A DNA stretch of 63,950 nt, the filler included, from Collodictyon triciliatum (taxonomy: Eukaryota), in NCBI GenBank assembly GCA_043381765.1. It is 14 parts of 14 records of this genome, joined end to end, with 100 filler letters (N's around TTAATTAATTAA, not from the genome) between each part and the next. Parts side by side here need not be neighbours in the genome. Positions count along the whole stretch, not along the records: positions 47,378 to 52,011 come from JBHJMP010005900.1; positions 52,112 to 56,743 come from JBHJMP010005901.1; positions 56,844 to 61,475 come from JBHJMP010005902.1; positions 61,576 to 63,950 come from JBHJMP010005983.1; 10 more parts are not named here. One strand, written 5' to 3'. This document shows positions 48,513 through 61,745 of this stretch, in pieces. The notes beneath the pieces were generated by a model. That model searched no databases. It saw nothing but the letters and a program-made list of their open reading frames with translations, and was not told the DNA's origin. Within the stretch, counting starts at the first letter, position 1; each line of letters opens with the position of its first letter. The position numbers and the translations under genes are program-made.

Positions 48513-51500
48513 TCAATTGTATTTCTTGAGTCTCAGGTCCTGGATGACGAAGGAGAGATATGCAAGGGCCGTTGTGGCGATGAAGCAGAGGATGACATAG
48601 AGGGCTGACTCTCCATACTCATATCCATCGTACGCGTAAAGTCTCAAAACATCCTAAAATTTTCAAGAATTCAGAACGGTTGCAGGAACTAAAAAAATAA
48701 TGATAAGCATGCTCCGATAAACACGATGAAGTAAACTTTGTAAATGTTTTGAAAAGCGTGTTCATTTTATCATAAACTGTGCAATCATTTAAGTAAAAAG
48801 ACCATACCTCTCCAGTTTTGAAGGTGCAGATAGGAGGGTCATCAAATACGAATCCCTTCAAGGTTTTTATGTTTATTATTATTTTAATGTGATGAAATCA
48901 CGGTTAAATTGCCGGAAGATATTATTGAATTATGATTATTTAAGCTGATTGTGCCTCGTATCACATGCAATCATATATCGTCTATTTCAATCTAATAGCA
49001 GACTACCTCAAACTCGTTAACAGCCAAGGCTTGAACACCCCATCTGGTCATGGAGATTTCCAGAATCCAAGCAACTGATGCAGCCATTCGCTAGGTACGA
49101 AAATCATCATATTTTCTTATGATCAAATTATCTGCTGATGAAACGGATATTTTTGCAACAACAACAAAAAAAAATTAATAAAACTTACATCCTGTATGAC
49201 GAGATATCCTGTTAAGAGAATATACGATGCACTAACAACGGGTCCGAAGATAGCTCCAATTATTGAGTTTGGCACAATAGAACCGATGAGGAGACTCAGA
49301 GACTGCGATGATTTTAAAAAATGAATGAGGAAAATTTACGGGAGAGATGTATATATTAATAGTTGTTTTGTCTTATCATGAATGAAAACGTACATGCGAC
49401 GAGTTGTACGTGACAAACACAATTAAAAAGTATTTGAAGAAATGCTCTGAGCCGTTGCGCATGTCAACCAAATAGTACATTATTGGGCAAAAGAGAAGGG
49501 AGGCCACGGTAACTGGAATGCGGTCTGTAAAGAATCTCGAGAAAAGATACGAATGCAGGTGATAATCCCGCTTTCTTCGGTCTCTTATAAACAAATCCCT
49601 TTCCCCCGGGATAACTTGCATCAGTTCGATACTCGAAATAACTAGCGGACCAAGCGTAGAATACAAACAAGTGCTCATACGACCTCGGGTGCCACGATAA
49701 GTGTCCAGTTGGTTGAAGATAACAATACCTCCCAGAAAAGACTTTTCAAAATACATTCGATTAGGAAAAATTATGCTTAATACATTCTCTTGTCTTATGC
49801 TTTAAATCTATGAAATGATGAACACTTATATATATATATATGTTTGAATTGGAGCTTATGGGTAATTGCTGATAAGGCGAAAGTTCAACAGTGTTCGTAC
49901 AAGTATGATAGCGACGATGGCACGACTAGCCAGTTCAATCGGGTTTCTTCTGAAGCCAGTGAGGTTTCTCCAAAATAAAAGTTTAACTTGGTCGACTGCC
50001 GTTGGTCTTTGTGATTGGGATAAATCTCATTAGAAAAAAACTTGAAATCATTTAGGACAAGGTTTCAGTCCAAAAAAAATTGAATGGATTTGTATTACTT
50101 GTCTGAATCCTTGGCCAATTTTGAATCATCGATAGGACTGTATTGGCTTTGAATGTTTAACTTTGCAGACATTTCCTTACCAATGGCAGAAGTGGGATAT
50201 TTCTGAAATGGATTGTTGCAGGCAGGAAAATTGTCTTAATGAATTTTACAACTTCATCCGCAATTAATTTATTATTATGAACGAGACGTGTCTTGAATTG
50301 CAACTTTTTTATATATATATTTTTTTAATATATATACCTGTCTTAGCTTCCGAGTCTCTTCTAGACTGGGTGAAACTTTAAGAGTTTTGGTACCGACAGA
50401 TGGGTCGGCCAACTCGGCAATTGCCTTGGCTGGATTTGTCCGGTCAGAGAATCCGTACCTGGGCCATTTTCATTTCAATTGAAACCAAAATAAAATTGAA
50501 AACAAAAGAGAAGGGGAGATAGCGTAGTGCATAGCAAAAATTGATAGAAAGTAAATGAGCCCAGTTTACCCAACAGCTGAGAAATACTCTTTGCAGCGAT
50601 CGACGGGTCCAAAGTAAAGGGTTTCGCCCTCAGACAAAACAACCAACGAGTCCAAAAGATAAAAGGACTCGATTCTGTCGTACAGACAAAGTTAGTTTGC
50701 TGTTATCAAAAAGAGATGGTTGGCACACAACTAAATCGTATTGAACTATTGGCTGAATACTGTACATACGAAGGATTATCTAGGGTGAGGATGACTGTGC
50801 GTCCTTGTTGCGCGAGTCTTTTGAGGAAATAAATCACCGCAAGCGACGAGTCACTGTCAAGTCCAATAGTTGGCTCATCGAGGAAAATCAATCCAGGTCG
50901 TGTGACTAATTCGATTCCGATACTGACTAGCCTCTTGTCCCCTTTTTCAAGTCCTTCGATAAAAAAATTACCGATAGGAGTATCCCTGGTCTTGAATATT
51001 TTTTGTGTGATGAGAAGCTCGATGGATGCTTTCTTGGTAGTGTCAGAGAACCCAAACGCATAGAAATCATATGTTCAAATTTCGCATATATTTGTCCTGT
51101 GCTGTTTTACCTTGGTGAGGCCCATTAGGTCGATGAGTTCATCAACAATTTGGGACTTTTCATCCGCAGCCATAGACTATTCAAGAAGGGAAGCATCATT
51201 AAGCCCATAATCAAAAGAAAAAATAGCAGAGGAGAATGAAGTCTGAAGCCCTATATTGTGATTCTTTTCATATCTGGTGGCGAAATAGTAACCTATTGCT
51301 CAATCTTACCTTTGGAAGCCTAAGGGAAGCATAAAAGCTCAGCGTTTCATGCACAGTGAATGCTTCTGGGAGTTTGTGATCCTTAGTCGCATAACTTGAT
51401 ACCTGGGTCAAACCCGTGTTGAAAGTCAGGATGATAAGGTCAAGTATTTGTAGGCTGATAATGATTAAATTGCAAACCTTGCAAAGAGTTGTATGGTCGA

Positions 51501-52011
51501 TAGGGGCGTTGTTAAGCTCCACAACTCCATCAACGTTCTCGGGATGGTCAATGCTGCCGGCGAGGATGTCTAATAGAGTCGTTTTTCCAGATGATGAGCT
51601 GCCCATGAGTGCACACAGTTGGCCACATCGAGCCTCTCCAGAGACATTCTATTGATGAGGTACAGGTGGAAATATGATAGAAGATAGTATCATTGACAAA
51701 CTTAGTTATCTACACACAAGGTTGTGATTTTTCCAAAAGGTTGGGTGAGAACAAGACCCTGTATATGATACACAGCTATACCTCGATCTTGCCATTTCGG
51801 CTTATTGAGACTTTTTCCTTATCTTTTTAATTTCGTTCTTTTTAAAGTATTTGTGTCTGATGAAAAAAATCAAGAGTTTGGGAATATGTGTACTTGAATG
51901 ATGCTCTTGAAAGGGCCATTCTTTCCTTCGCGCGCTTTGTAGGAAATGTTTTTCCACACAAGGTCGATTTCAGACGTGCGTTTGAATCCCGCGCTGCCGC
52001 TTGGTTGTTCA
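48513..52011 (-). CDS. ABCG-family transporter (NBD then TMD), multi-exon, 5' partial
   Basis: DLVWKNISY; ALMGSSSSGKTTLLDILAG; FTVHETLSFYASLRLP; IFLDEPTIGLDS; LSEGETLYFGP; ERDLFIRDR..Y; QALAVNEF; stop TGA at 48513-48515. Confidence 0.9.
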
Positions 52012-52112
52012 NNNNNNNNNNNNNNNNNNNNNNNNNNNNNNNNNNNNNNNNNNNNTTAATTAATTAANNNNNNNNNNNNNNNNNNNNNNNNNNNNNNNNN
52101 NNNNNNNNNNNC

Positions 52113-52263
52113 ATTCTTACCAGAGGTGGTTACAGAGATGCGGTGCCTGGAAGAGCTCGACCTGTCATGGAATAGACTAAGGAGCTTACCCAAGAACATA
52201 CTCTCTCTTTCAAACCTCAGAAACTTGGACATTGGTTGCAACCAAATCATAACACTCGACAGG
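52113..52263 (+). CDS. Leucine-rich-repeat protein exon (fragment)
   Basis: LPEVVTEMRCLEELDLSWNRLRSLPKNILSLSNLRNLDIGCNQIITL, then a GT donor. Confidence 0.82.
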
Positions 52264-52541
52264 TTTATGTGTGAGCCCGGAGGAGAGAGGCCGGAGCTAG
52301 ACTAGGTGTGTGGGTGAAATACAAGGGAGAACAACAAAGGGTGGTGTCACAACAAGCGATTTAGGAGATGGACTTTATCACATAAAGCGATTAAAGAATC
52401 AAAGGAAAATGCATACGAGTAACAGAAAGGTCGCTCAGCAAGTCGCATAAAAGCATTTTGCGGACGGCTCAATAAAACAGGACTCGAAAGGCGCAAAAAG
52501 AGGGTTTGTGGACATGAGAGCGGAGAGAGCAAAAAGTACAT

Positions 52542-52613
52542 GGGCTCAACCGGGAATTGAACCCGGGACCTCTCGCACCCAAAGCGAGAATCATACCACT
52601 AGACTATTAAGCC
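52542..52613 (-). tRNA. tRNA-Pro (TGG)
   Basis: GGCTTAATAGTCTAGTGGTATGATTCTCGCTTTGGGTGCGAGAGGTCCCGGGTTCAATTCCCGGTTGAGCCC. Confidence 0.95.
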
Positions 52614-53119
52614 GCTCACCTGTGGAGCTAGGTAATCGCATGGTACATAATCCATATACTCTATTGCTGTCTGCTCCTTTCGTGTCTTTTCTTTTTACTT
52701 TTTCTTTTTACTTTTTCATACTCTGCATCCTTTATTATCGCCATCATAACCAACGAGCCGGCTTTATGCTTCATGGCATATTCTTTTGATAAAACAAGTG
52801 TGCTCTTGCAAGATCTGCTTGTGGGATAGAGGCAACGACTCGATGTCCTGTGCGACAAAATCACACAAAGCTCAGCCGACATCGTTTTGCTAATAGAAAA
52901 CAAAAAACAAAAAACAAAAAAACAATCAAGGCACTGTGCTTAAGTCGCGCCGTTTCAAATAAGATATGATGCATAAACCCCCTCAGTGGGATTTGTATGT
53001 TCGTGGCCGTATTTCTTGTGCGCACAACACAAGCAAATCTCACGCGTGAGGCACGGCCACACTGAAGAGCTTTGTTAAAAAAAATATTACAGAAAGCATA
53101 GTCAACCGCTTGAAAGACC

Positions 53120-54443
53120 ATGGCCTTGCCAAGTGCGACAGATTTCGTGCCTATCGAGTTGTTTGGCGGTGCAATGCAGCTCAACGGGCCACCTTCATGG
53201 GTCGATCTTAGCAACTTCCGACAAATACCGGACAACCAAGAAGTCTTTGGTGACCGCATCAATGCAGAGTGGAGTTGTATAGTTGAGTTTCTGGAGTACC
53301 AACGAGACCAAGCAGACAGCCACATAGCCCAGTTTGTTTCCCATAAAATAAGGGACTCTTTTTATTTGTTTTTTAAGATTTTTCTTTAACATTTACCAAC
53401 CAGATTCAGGCTTTAGCTTTCTTTTCTTTAAGAATAATATATTTCTGTGATTTTACCGTGAAAAAGGTTTTCATCCAACCATTACACTGTGTAAAAACTA
53501 AGGTTCTTATTCACTGACCTTTGCCAAGAGAATGGTGTGGATAACCCTGTGGACATGAGCATTATGTCTGTAGTATCAGCCGACGCTAGTCTACGAGCAA
53601 ACTTTGTGTGAGCTAGCCACAAGTCTCACATTCTCTCATATATATATTCTTTTTTTTTTTTTACAAAAAAAAAAAGCTTCATCTGTGTTATCGTTTCTTT
53701 CATGGATTTGTTTTCGTTTTCGTTTTCGTTTTTGTTTTTGTTTTCCGGATTTTGGTTATTCTTTTCGCTGTGTGTGGCGATTGTCTCAACTATGAAGATT
53801 TTTGCAGATGATACTCTCATAACTATACCTAAAACATGACATCAGTCGGTCACTGCTCTAATACTACAGATTTCATATACAGTTCTATTTAAAATTCATT
53901 TAAAGGGTGACAAGGCTGTTCTTATATACTGTAGAGATTATCCTATGTATTTGTTGTACGGAACTCAAAATGTGTCCAAGTTTCGAAATACATCAAAAGA
54001 TAAAGTACACACATGGCTGGGTGTTGTCAGGTCATCTATCTCAAATAAAATGCCAAAGAAAAGACTGAATTATAATATCCACATGATTGTTATGCAAAAT
54101 ACATCTATGGTTGTTTGTTAGCTAGTCTTCTTTTCTTCTTTTCTTTTTTAAACACAAATTACATTCGTATTATCTGCTTACTTTTAGTTCTGCAAATTGA
54201 AAGGGAGAAATAAAAAAATTGTTTATGTGAACTTCGAACAATATAGCGTCGTCTATTTAGTTAACGCATATCCTTTCATAAAGACTTCCGCGGGTGAACT
54301 GCGAACTTGTGTTGTCTTTCAACCTTCGGGAGGATGCAGGCACCACTGCAGAATACATCACAGAAATGACAGCCATATTTCGCCACGTCTATTCCAGCCT
54401 TAAAATCTGTGACTGGGGCCTCTTTCCAGCACCTGCAGAGTGA
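53120..54443 (+). CDS. MOG1: Mog1 / Ran guanine nucleotide release factor, 4 exons
   Basis: LFGGAM..P..WVDLSNFRQIPDNQEVF..IVEFLE; GTQNVSKF; VR|LPRVNCELVLSFN; SLKICDWGLF. Confidence 0.92.
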
Positions 54444-55191
54444 GCAGAAACAGAAAGAAAACAAGGCGAAAGAATAAAATGATATAAAGCAAATACAGCA
54501 GGACGTAGTAGAATATATCAGACACACGTGTTACTCACAGGAGGATAAAACCCCTAAAATATTTTTACTGAAAATAAAATAAAAAAATGATTCATCCTTT
54601 TTTTTTCCTATTATTTATGATACGCCATCATTACCCTCCAAACCAAAGCGACACAACCCCACGGACATCATAAAAGCGTGGGCGAGCGAAAAGGCGAAGG
54701 CCGAGAGGGAACCAAGAATTCTATTTAATCATGCCTTTTATGGACAGTCCAATGCGAACAATCGCCTCACAAAAACCCATGCGATCACCTTGTTTGTGTT
54801 TGTGAGAGCCTCTCTTTTTTTTTCTTTTCATTCTTTCTTTTATCTTCCAGACCGAAAGTAATCGGATTGCAGGAAAAACTGAAACGACAACGAAGAATAA
54901 GACGAAGAGCTGATTTCACACAGCAAAAAAAAAAAAACTTTCTGCTGGAAAAGAAGTAAAGCAATCAATAGACGGAAAGAAAGAAAAAAAAAAGAGGCAA
55001 AAATAAGGAATTGCTTTGCTTTCATCTCGTTATTTACCCCTTCAAGTCTTGAATAAAAGCCCATAGCAGATCCGTCCACGTCTGAAGAAAAAGAAAAAAG
55101 AAAGTAGAACAAAGTTCAAAGTACAAGCGCAAATCAACGGCACAGGCAACGAAGAAAGAAGAAAGAAAGCAAAGCTGCTTCGTAAACTACA

Positions 55192-56402
55192 ATGCAACGC
55201 TCGTACTCCCTCCACCCATATATCAGTCCCTCTGTGCAATATCCTGTGCCTCTCATAGCCACGGCTGCCTCGTCATCATACCACTCGCCCTCACGTAAGA
55301 CATTACCCAACTCAACTCAACTCGTGCCCTCTCTTCGATCCAAAAAAAAAAAAGAGAGAGAGAGATCATTTCACCATTCAAGAAATGAAAAAGAAAAGAA
55401 AAAAAAAGCTCCCTTAACAAACACACGTGCAACAGCCTCGCCTCCATTCACGCACGCCCAACTCGCCCAAAGCCGATCGCTTCGCCCATACGCACAAACA
55501 CACCAAACTTACTCCCCAGTCCAAACATCCCCACTTCAGCGCAGCTTTTCCCCCTACACAGGCGCCTCCCACTCGTACACACAACCCACCCAAACTGCAT
55601 ACGATCCCAACGTAAGTAAACCATGATTTATGTGCCACTTTTTCTCCTCTTTTTTTCTTTTTTTTCTTTTTTTCTTTTTTTTCTTTTTTCATTTTTCATT
55701 ATTTTGATTTTTTATTCTTTTTTCTTTTTTTCTTTTTTTTCTTTTTTCTTTTTTTCTTTTTTTCTTTTTTTCTTTCTTTTTCTCTTTTTCATTTTTTTCA
55801 TTTTTTCATTTTTTTCATTTTTTCATTTTTTCATTTTTTCATTTTTTTTTTAACTAAATGAGTTCTCCCACAAATCAGACAGACAAACGAAAAAAATAAA
55901 TCAAGATACAGGTAAGCACCTTCCAACTATACGCCCCGGCCATCTCACATCAGAGCCCAGCTGCGCCATCAAACGCCCTAGGCAGCCCGGTAATCAAAAG
56001 CCCGACCCGCCGATCCTTCTCTGGCACCAGCACCGCGCCTCTTCCCGCAGACGCATCCAAGCAGCTGACTCCGCAACGATTCGGCCGCGCGACTGAGTTG
56101 CGTTTCGAGTCGCAGTCTGAGCCGCACTCTCCCCGCTGCGAGAGCCAAACAGCAGCTTCTCTGACGGCCGCCGAATCGCCTGTTCGAACCGCCCGCGTTC
56201 GCCCGGCTGCCCGCACCGGCCCGCGTGAGGCTTTGGAGGCGATTCGCCATCAAACGGAGGCTCAGCAGCGCGTCCGCACCGCCACAGTCTCGGAACTCCT
56301 GGAGCAGTCTGCTCATTTCCGCGCAAAAGATCAGCTTCGTCGCGACCAGGACTCGGTTCTGCTTGCGGAAGTGGCTGCAGCCCAGTTGCGAGTGGCTACC
56401 GA
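55192..56402 (+). CDS. Hypothetical low-complexity (Ser/Pro-rich) protein, multi-exon, 3' partial
   Basis: ATG at 55192; GC-rich exon-like blocks separated by pyrimidine-tract introns with GTAAG donors. Confidence 0.5.
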
Positions 56403-57119
56403 GTGATTTTTTCTCTCTTTTTTTTTCTCTCTCTTTTTTTTTTTCTCTCTTTTTTTTCTCTCTCTTTTTTTTTCTCTCTCTTTTTTTTTCTCTCTCTTTT
56501 TTTTTCTCTTTTTTTTTCTCTCTTTTTTTTTCTCTCTTTTTTTCTCTCTCTCTTTTTTTCTCTCTCTCTTTTTTTCTCTCTCTCTTTTTTTCTCTCTCTC
56601 TCTTTTTTTCTCTCTTTTTCTCTCTCTCTTTTTTTTTCTCTCTCTCTCTTTTTTTTCTCTCTCTTTTTTTTTCTCTCTCTCTTTTTCTCTCTCTTTTTTT
56701 TCTCTCTCTTTTTTTTCTCTCTTTTTTTCTCTCTCTCTTTTTTNNNNNNNNNNNNNNNNNNNNNNNNNNNNNNNNNNNNNNNNNNNNTTAATTAATTAAN
56801 NNNNNNNNNNNNNNNNNNNNNNNNNNNNNNNNNNNNNNNNNNNAAAAAGAAAAAGAAAAAGAAAAAGAAAAAGAAAAAGAAAAAGAAAAAGAAAAAGAAA
56901 AAGAAAAAGAAAAAGAAAAAGAAAAAGAAAAAGAAAAAGAAAAGGAAAAGGAAAAGGAAAAAGAAAAAGGAAAAGGAAAAAGAAAAAGGAAAAGGAAAAG
57001 GAAAAAGAAAAAGGAAAAGGAAAAAGAAAAAGGAAAAGGAAAAGGAAAAGGAAAAGGAAAAGGAAAAAGAAAAAGAAAAAGAAAAAGAGAAAGAAAAAGA
57101 AAAAGAAAAGGAAGGCAAC

Positions 57120-60100
57120 CTTTCTGTAAACGCACTCATGAAGCAAGAGACCATATGCATAAACATCGAGCTTCGACGTCCATGTGTCTCCTCGAAAGAT
57201 TTCAGGCGCCATGTACATCTACATTTTGTAAAAGAACTGTTTATTTGGATTTTGAAGCGTAAAGAGTTCAGTTTTATAACCTTTCATCAGTGTTTGCAAT
57301 TCTCATGAGTAAAATACATATAAAAAAGTAGAGGCAGAATTAATGAGAATATTAATCAACAGAATGCAAAAGGAGACGACAGATCAGTATATCAAGCATG
57401 ACATATTATAAGAATGGTGGAAATGAAAATGAAAAATGAAGCGAATCAGTTGACTAACAGGGGTGCCACGTAGGCGCGCATCGTGAGCGCTGTCAAGCTG
57501 TAGAACTTGTGACAATCCAAAATCTGCCAGTTTAGGATTCAGAGTCTCATCCAAAAGAATGTTGTCAGGCTTTAGGTCTCTATCAATTTGTTTAAGTAAT
57601 CGTAATCAACAACTCATACGTGACAGAAAAGGCAATATATCGAGTAATGCTGCTATATTTTTTTAAAATCAAATGAAAAAATTACCTGTGGACAATTGGT
57701 GGGCTTCGTAGATGGAGATAATTCAACCCTAGTGCTGTGTGCAATGCAATCTTGAGAAACTCGGCACTACGAAGCCTGCGTTCCTTAAGGAGGGTACCCA
57801 AACTTCCACCACGACAATACCTTAGATTAACCACGAATTGAGTAGATAGCCAAACAGGGTTCAGACCCACAAAATGTATATATTCTTTGTTAAAACTTTG
57901 CATTCTAGAATAAACGTATGTATCTAATATATCTAATTGAGAGTCATTTGCTTTATAAACAGGTGTACTGTAAGTTCGGCCGAATACTCATAAGAGAATA
58001 AGAGTTCAAAATCAAGATAATTGACACATGCCATTAGGCAGTAAATTTCCTATCAGTGACTTCAGCTAAATTGACAAGCTTACTTACTCGGTAATCATCA
58101 GGAGATTAGGCGGATGGATACTTGCTCCCAAAAACAAAACGATGTTTGGATGCCGTAGTTTGCTCATGATAGATATTTCGGATTGGAACTCTGTCATTCA
58201 TCTTCACTCAGTTTTTATGAGGAGGCATGACATAAAGATCAGAGACCAAAGTATGCGCTCTTGGTTTCTGAAAATTAACATAAAGGTGGCGGGTCTTGTG
58301 ATTCTACCTTTGTGAACTCGGACGTCTCCTTTGACATTTCGTAATTCCTTGATGGCAACGTGGGCCCCTTGCCAAGTACCTATGTTGAAGATAGTGTCAT
58401 TTCAATAGGCTCGTTGAAAGCTTTTGTTAAAAAAAAAAAACTTGATATTTCAAATTGAAAATCTTTTTATATAGTGGTGGTAAATTAATGGCTTCATAGG
58501 TAGAAAAGGACTTCGGCATTAAATTTACCCATGTAGACAACTCCGAATGCCCCCTCGCCCAGCTTTTTATCAGCCTTGAGTTCATTAAATCTGATTTCCC
58601 ACTCAAATGAAGCCTGGTCAGAAAAATTGCTCTGTCAGTTGTCTCAAAGAGATATGAAATAGATTTCTCTTTGCGAAAGTAGTCTTCTTTATTGCGCATA
58701 TCACGATTTTCAAAATATAAATAGGTCTGAGATACTTCTATATTATCGGTGATATTCGTGTTGCCTCTCATTATATATCTTCGTCTTCTTAATCATATCA
58801 CTTTCATTAATACCGCTGGCTCCGATGCTGTAGCCCCTGTTAAAGGAGCTGGTCGAGTTGCTGGTGAGACCATCCCATGTGCGAAGAGCGTGAGAAGTTC
58901 GGGTGGGAATTGAGATGCGCTGATGGCTTGAAGAAACTCGTTAATCGTGATTTCTCCATTGCGGTCCTCGTCAATCTGTTTCCATCCAGTGAATATGTAT
59001 CAATCGTTTGTATTCTACATATAAAATAAATACGTCTATCGACTGAAACCCCATCTCCTAATGTTAATGATATTGGGACTTGAGCGCTCGTGCAAGCGCC
59101 TTACTTTCATAAAAAGCTCCCGGATTTGGTGGTCTGTCAAGGCTGCGTTGTACTTTTTGAAGGCCGCTGTCATCTCCTTCAATGATACCCGGTTGTCCTT
59201 GCTTTGGTCCATTCTAATCGATCGTATAGCTACCTTTTAGAGTCTTGAATGGATATTTATACTGTGGTTGTCATATTTCAAAAATCGATGTCGCTCCGTC
59301 GCTTCTTCTGGTCAGAAAACGAGGAGAGTGGTAATTGAAGGGATAACATACTCTTGAAAGACCTTGAGGGCAAAAGACATCTCCTGTGCTGTCAGCTCTC
59401 TAGTTTCTTTGGTCTCTCTAGGTGCGCTCGGTGAGCTTGGTGAGCTTGGTGCATCTTTGTGTATTGCAAGTGTAATATTCGAGGGTGAATATATCTTTTT
59501 TAAAATAAATATATGATAGTCATACTATCAAATGAAAGTCTAATCATATGGTATTTTAATGCAGTGCTATTTTAAATAGAAAAAGTAATCATATGTAATA
59601 ACATGTGCAACATGACTCTCACTTGCAGCAGCCTGACGTGAACCCGGGTTCCGTTTAATAATTGTTAGTAGGTTAATGTGAGAATCGGAGAGTGCAGCAA
59701 TAAACTCTTCGAGCTTAATTGTTCCAGAGCGGTCTGTGTCAATCATGCGAAAAATCTTGTCTGATTCTGTCTGTAATTGAAATAGTGATTAAGTAAAACT
59801 TAATGAAGTACATGCAACCCCCACAAAATTATGAACGATGAATTCTGAAAGAAAATAACAAGAGAAAAGTCTCATTAACATTGATATTCACGGCAGAGTA
59901 AGTGTTGTTCTGCAAAGACCTGGTCAATGGTTGGGTTGTTCAGGTGCACAAACGTAAAAAACTCGCGACGATCAAGCGAATGATTGTGGTCCGTGTCGAT
60001 TGCTCGGAACAAACCAGCGTACTGCTCATAGCGGGCACCATACACGGGCTGAGAGACAGGAAGTACTTAGTAAAGAGCATTTGCTGCGAGAGCAGGACGT

Positions 60101-60159
60101 CATAGAAGCACCACTGCGGTTATTTGAGAAAGGGTGATCTGTTTTCACTGTGTGGTGAT

Positions 60160-60244
<85 letters not shown>

Positions 60245-60329
60245 CAAATGGATGTTCAACTTGTGCGAATCTTACTTGCTTTGTTGCCACAGGGACTGGC
60301 ACGAAGGTGTAGACCTTTTTCCCATCCAT
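57120..60329 (-). CDS. Four-EF-hand + TKL (Raf/CTR1-like) protein kinase, multi-exon, 3' partial
   Basis: EF loops DTDHNHSLDRRE, DTDRSGTIKLEE, DQSKDNRVSLKE, DEDRNGEITINE; kinase WEIRFNEL..GEGAFGVV, VAIK, LRHPNIVLFLGA, HR|DLKPDN, DFG, GTP|MYMAPE. Confidence 0.9.
60164..60241. repeat. (GA)n intronic microsatellite
   Basis: Dinucleotide repeat in the first kinase intron. Confidence 0.92.
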
Positions 60330-61575
60330 CAAACTTGACCGGGATGTCTTAATGTCAGTATTCTAAACTGTTAGAGGACAAGAGCAGTCATATCTTTGCT
60401 GGAGTCAATTGTTTTTCAATTAAAGAGGTCAGAACAGAAACGGCTGCTTCACGTCTTTGTTTAGGTTTGGCCCTGTTGGGTGCTCCGCTGTTCGTTCTGA
60501 TGCGTCTTTTACAGGCTGGTATAACGAACAAAGAGCAGGAACAGTTTTGGAAGGGTAAAAAAAAAAGGATAAAATTCTGAGTTTGTGTAGCCCAGATTCC
60601 GTGGGTTGGGCAAAGCACCGCGAAAGCAGACTGACCTCTTGGAAGGATCGGCAAATTTTCATTCCCCTAGGAAACGATGACCGAAGACACGGGTTCATGA
60701 AAGCAAGAAAATAGGAGCTGTAGAGGAGGGTAGAGGTAAAGTTGATGTTACCAAAACAATGATTAAAAAGTGACCGTTGTCACATTCTCATTGGGATGAT
60801 GGTTAAAAAAAAAATATGAAAAATGACACACGCCTAATTACGAAGATAATAGTAAAATGGACTCAGGCACAGTTTCCTTGTATCTCGGTATTGTCGGTGT
60901 AGAATTGAAAGCAACAGTTGTATATCTCACTTTCTTGCCTGTCTGCATCTGCAGGGTTACGCCGGTGCCTTTTGTACCTCTCCACACGCAATCTATTGCT
61001 TTTTGACCGCGCAATAGGACACATTATCTTTTGTTTTCGATGGTGCGGCTGCTGCACCCTCAAAGTCCGTTTGTGGTTTGTGCTTCATGAAGACGTAAGT
61101 AGAAGTTCGACGACTTTTATATATTTAGGCATTCATAGAAATCCAACGAATCTAGCTGTCCTTACTCTGCCAGGATACCGTATGTTGCTCTCTGCCTCTG
61201 TTTGTTGTATCAGGTTAGTTTTATTCTTTATTCTATGGTAATTATGAATTAATATCTTGTTGTAATTTAATTTCTGGATCAAAATTAACATAGTATATTT
61301 ATATTATATATTCCATAAATGTAAATAAAACGATATGCCTAGTATGCTGCTTTGAGTCATTCACCATTTTATAGGAACATGGTTAATCCCAAAGAACTGT
61401 GAAGCCTTTGCGAATCTGTGTGGTCTTGAATCAGATCCAAAACAAACAAAAAAAACAAACAAAAAAAACAAAAAANNNNNNNNNNNNNNNNNNNNNNNNN
61501 NNNNNNNNNNNNNNNNNNNTTAATTAATTAANNNNNNNNNNNNNNNNNNNNNNNNNNNNNNNNNNNNNNNNNNNN

Positions 61576-61745
61576 ATAAATCAATAAATCAATAAATCAA
61601 TAAATCAATAAATCAATAAATCAATAAATCAATAAATCAATAAATCAATAAATCAATAAATCAATAAATCAATAAATCAATAAATCAATAAATCAATAAA
61701 TCAATAAATCAATAAATCAATAAATCAATAAATCAACAAATAAAT
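61576..61745. repeat. (AATAAATC)n tandem repeat
   Basis: Tandem repeat at the scaffold start. Confidence 0.92.
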
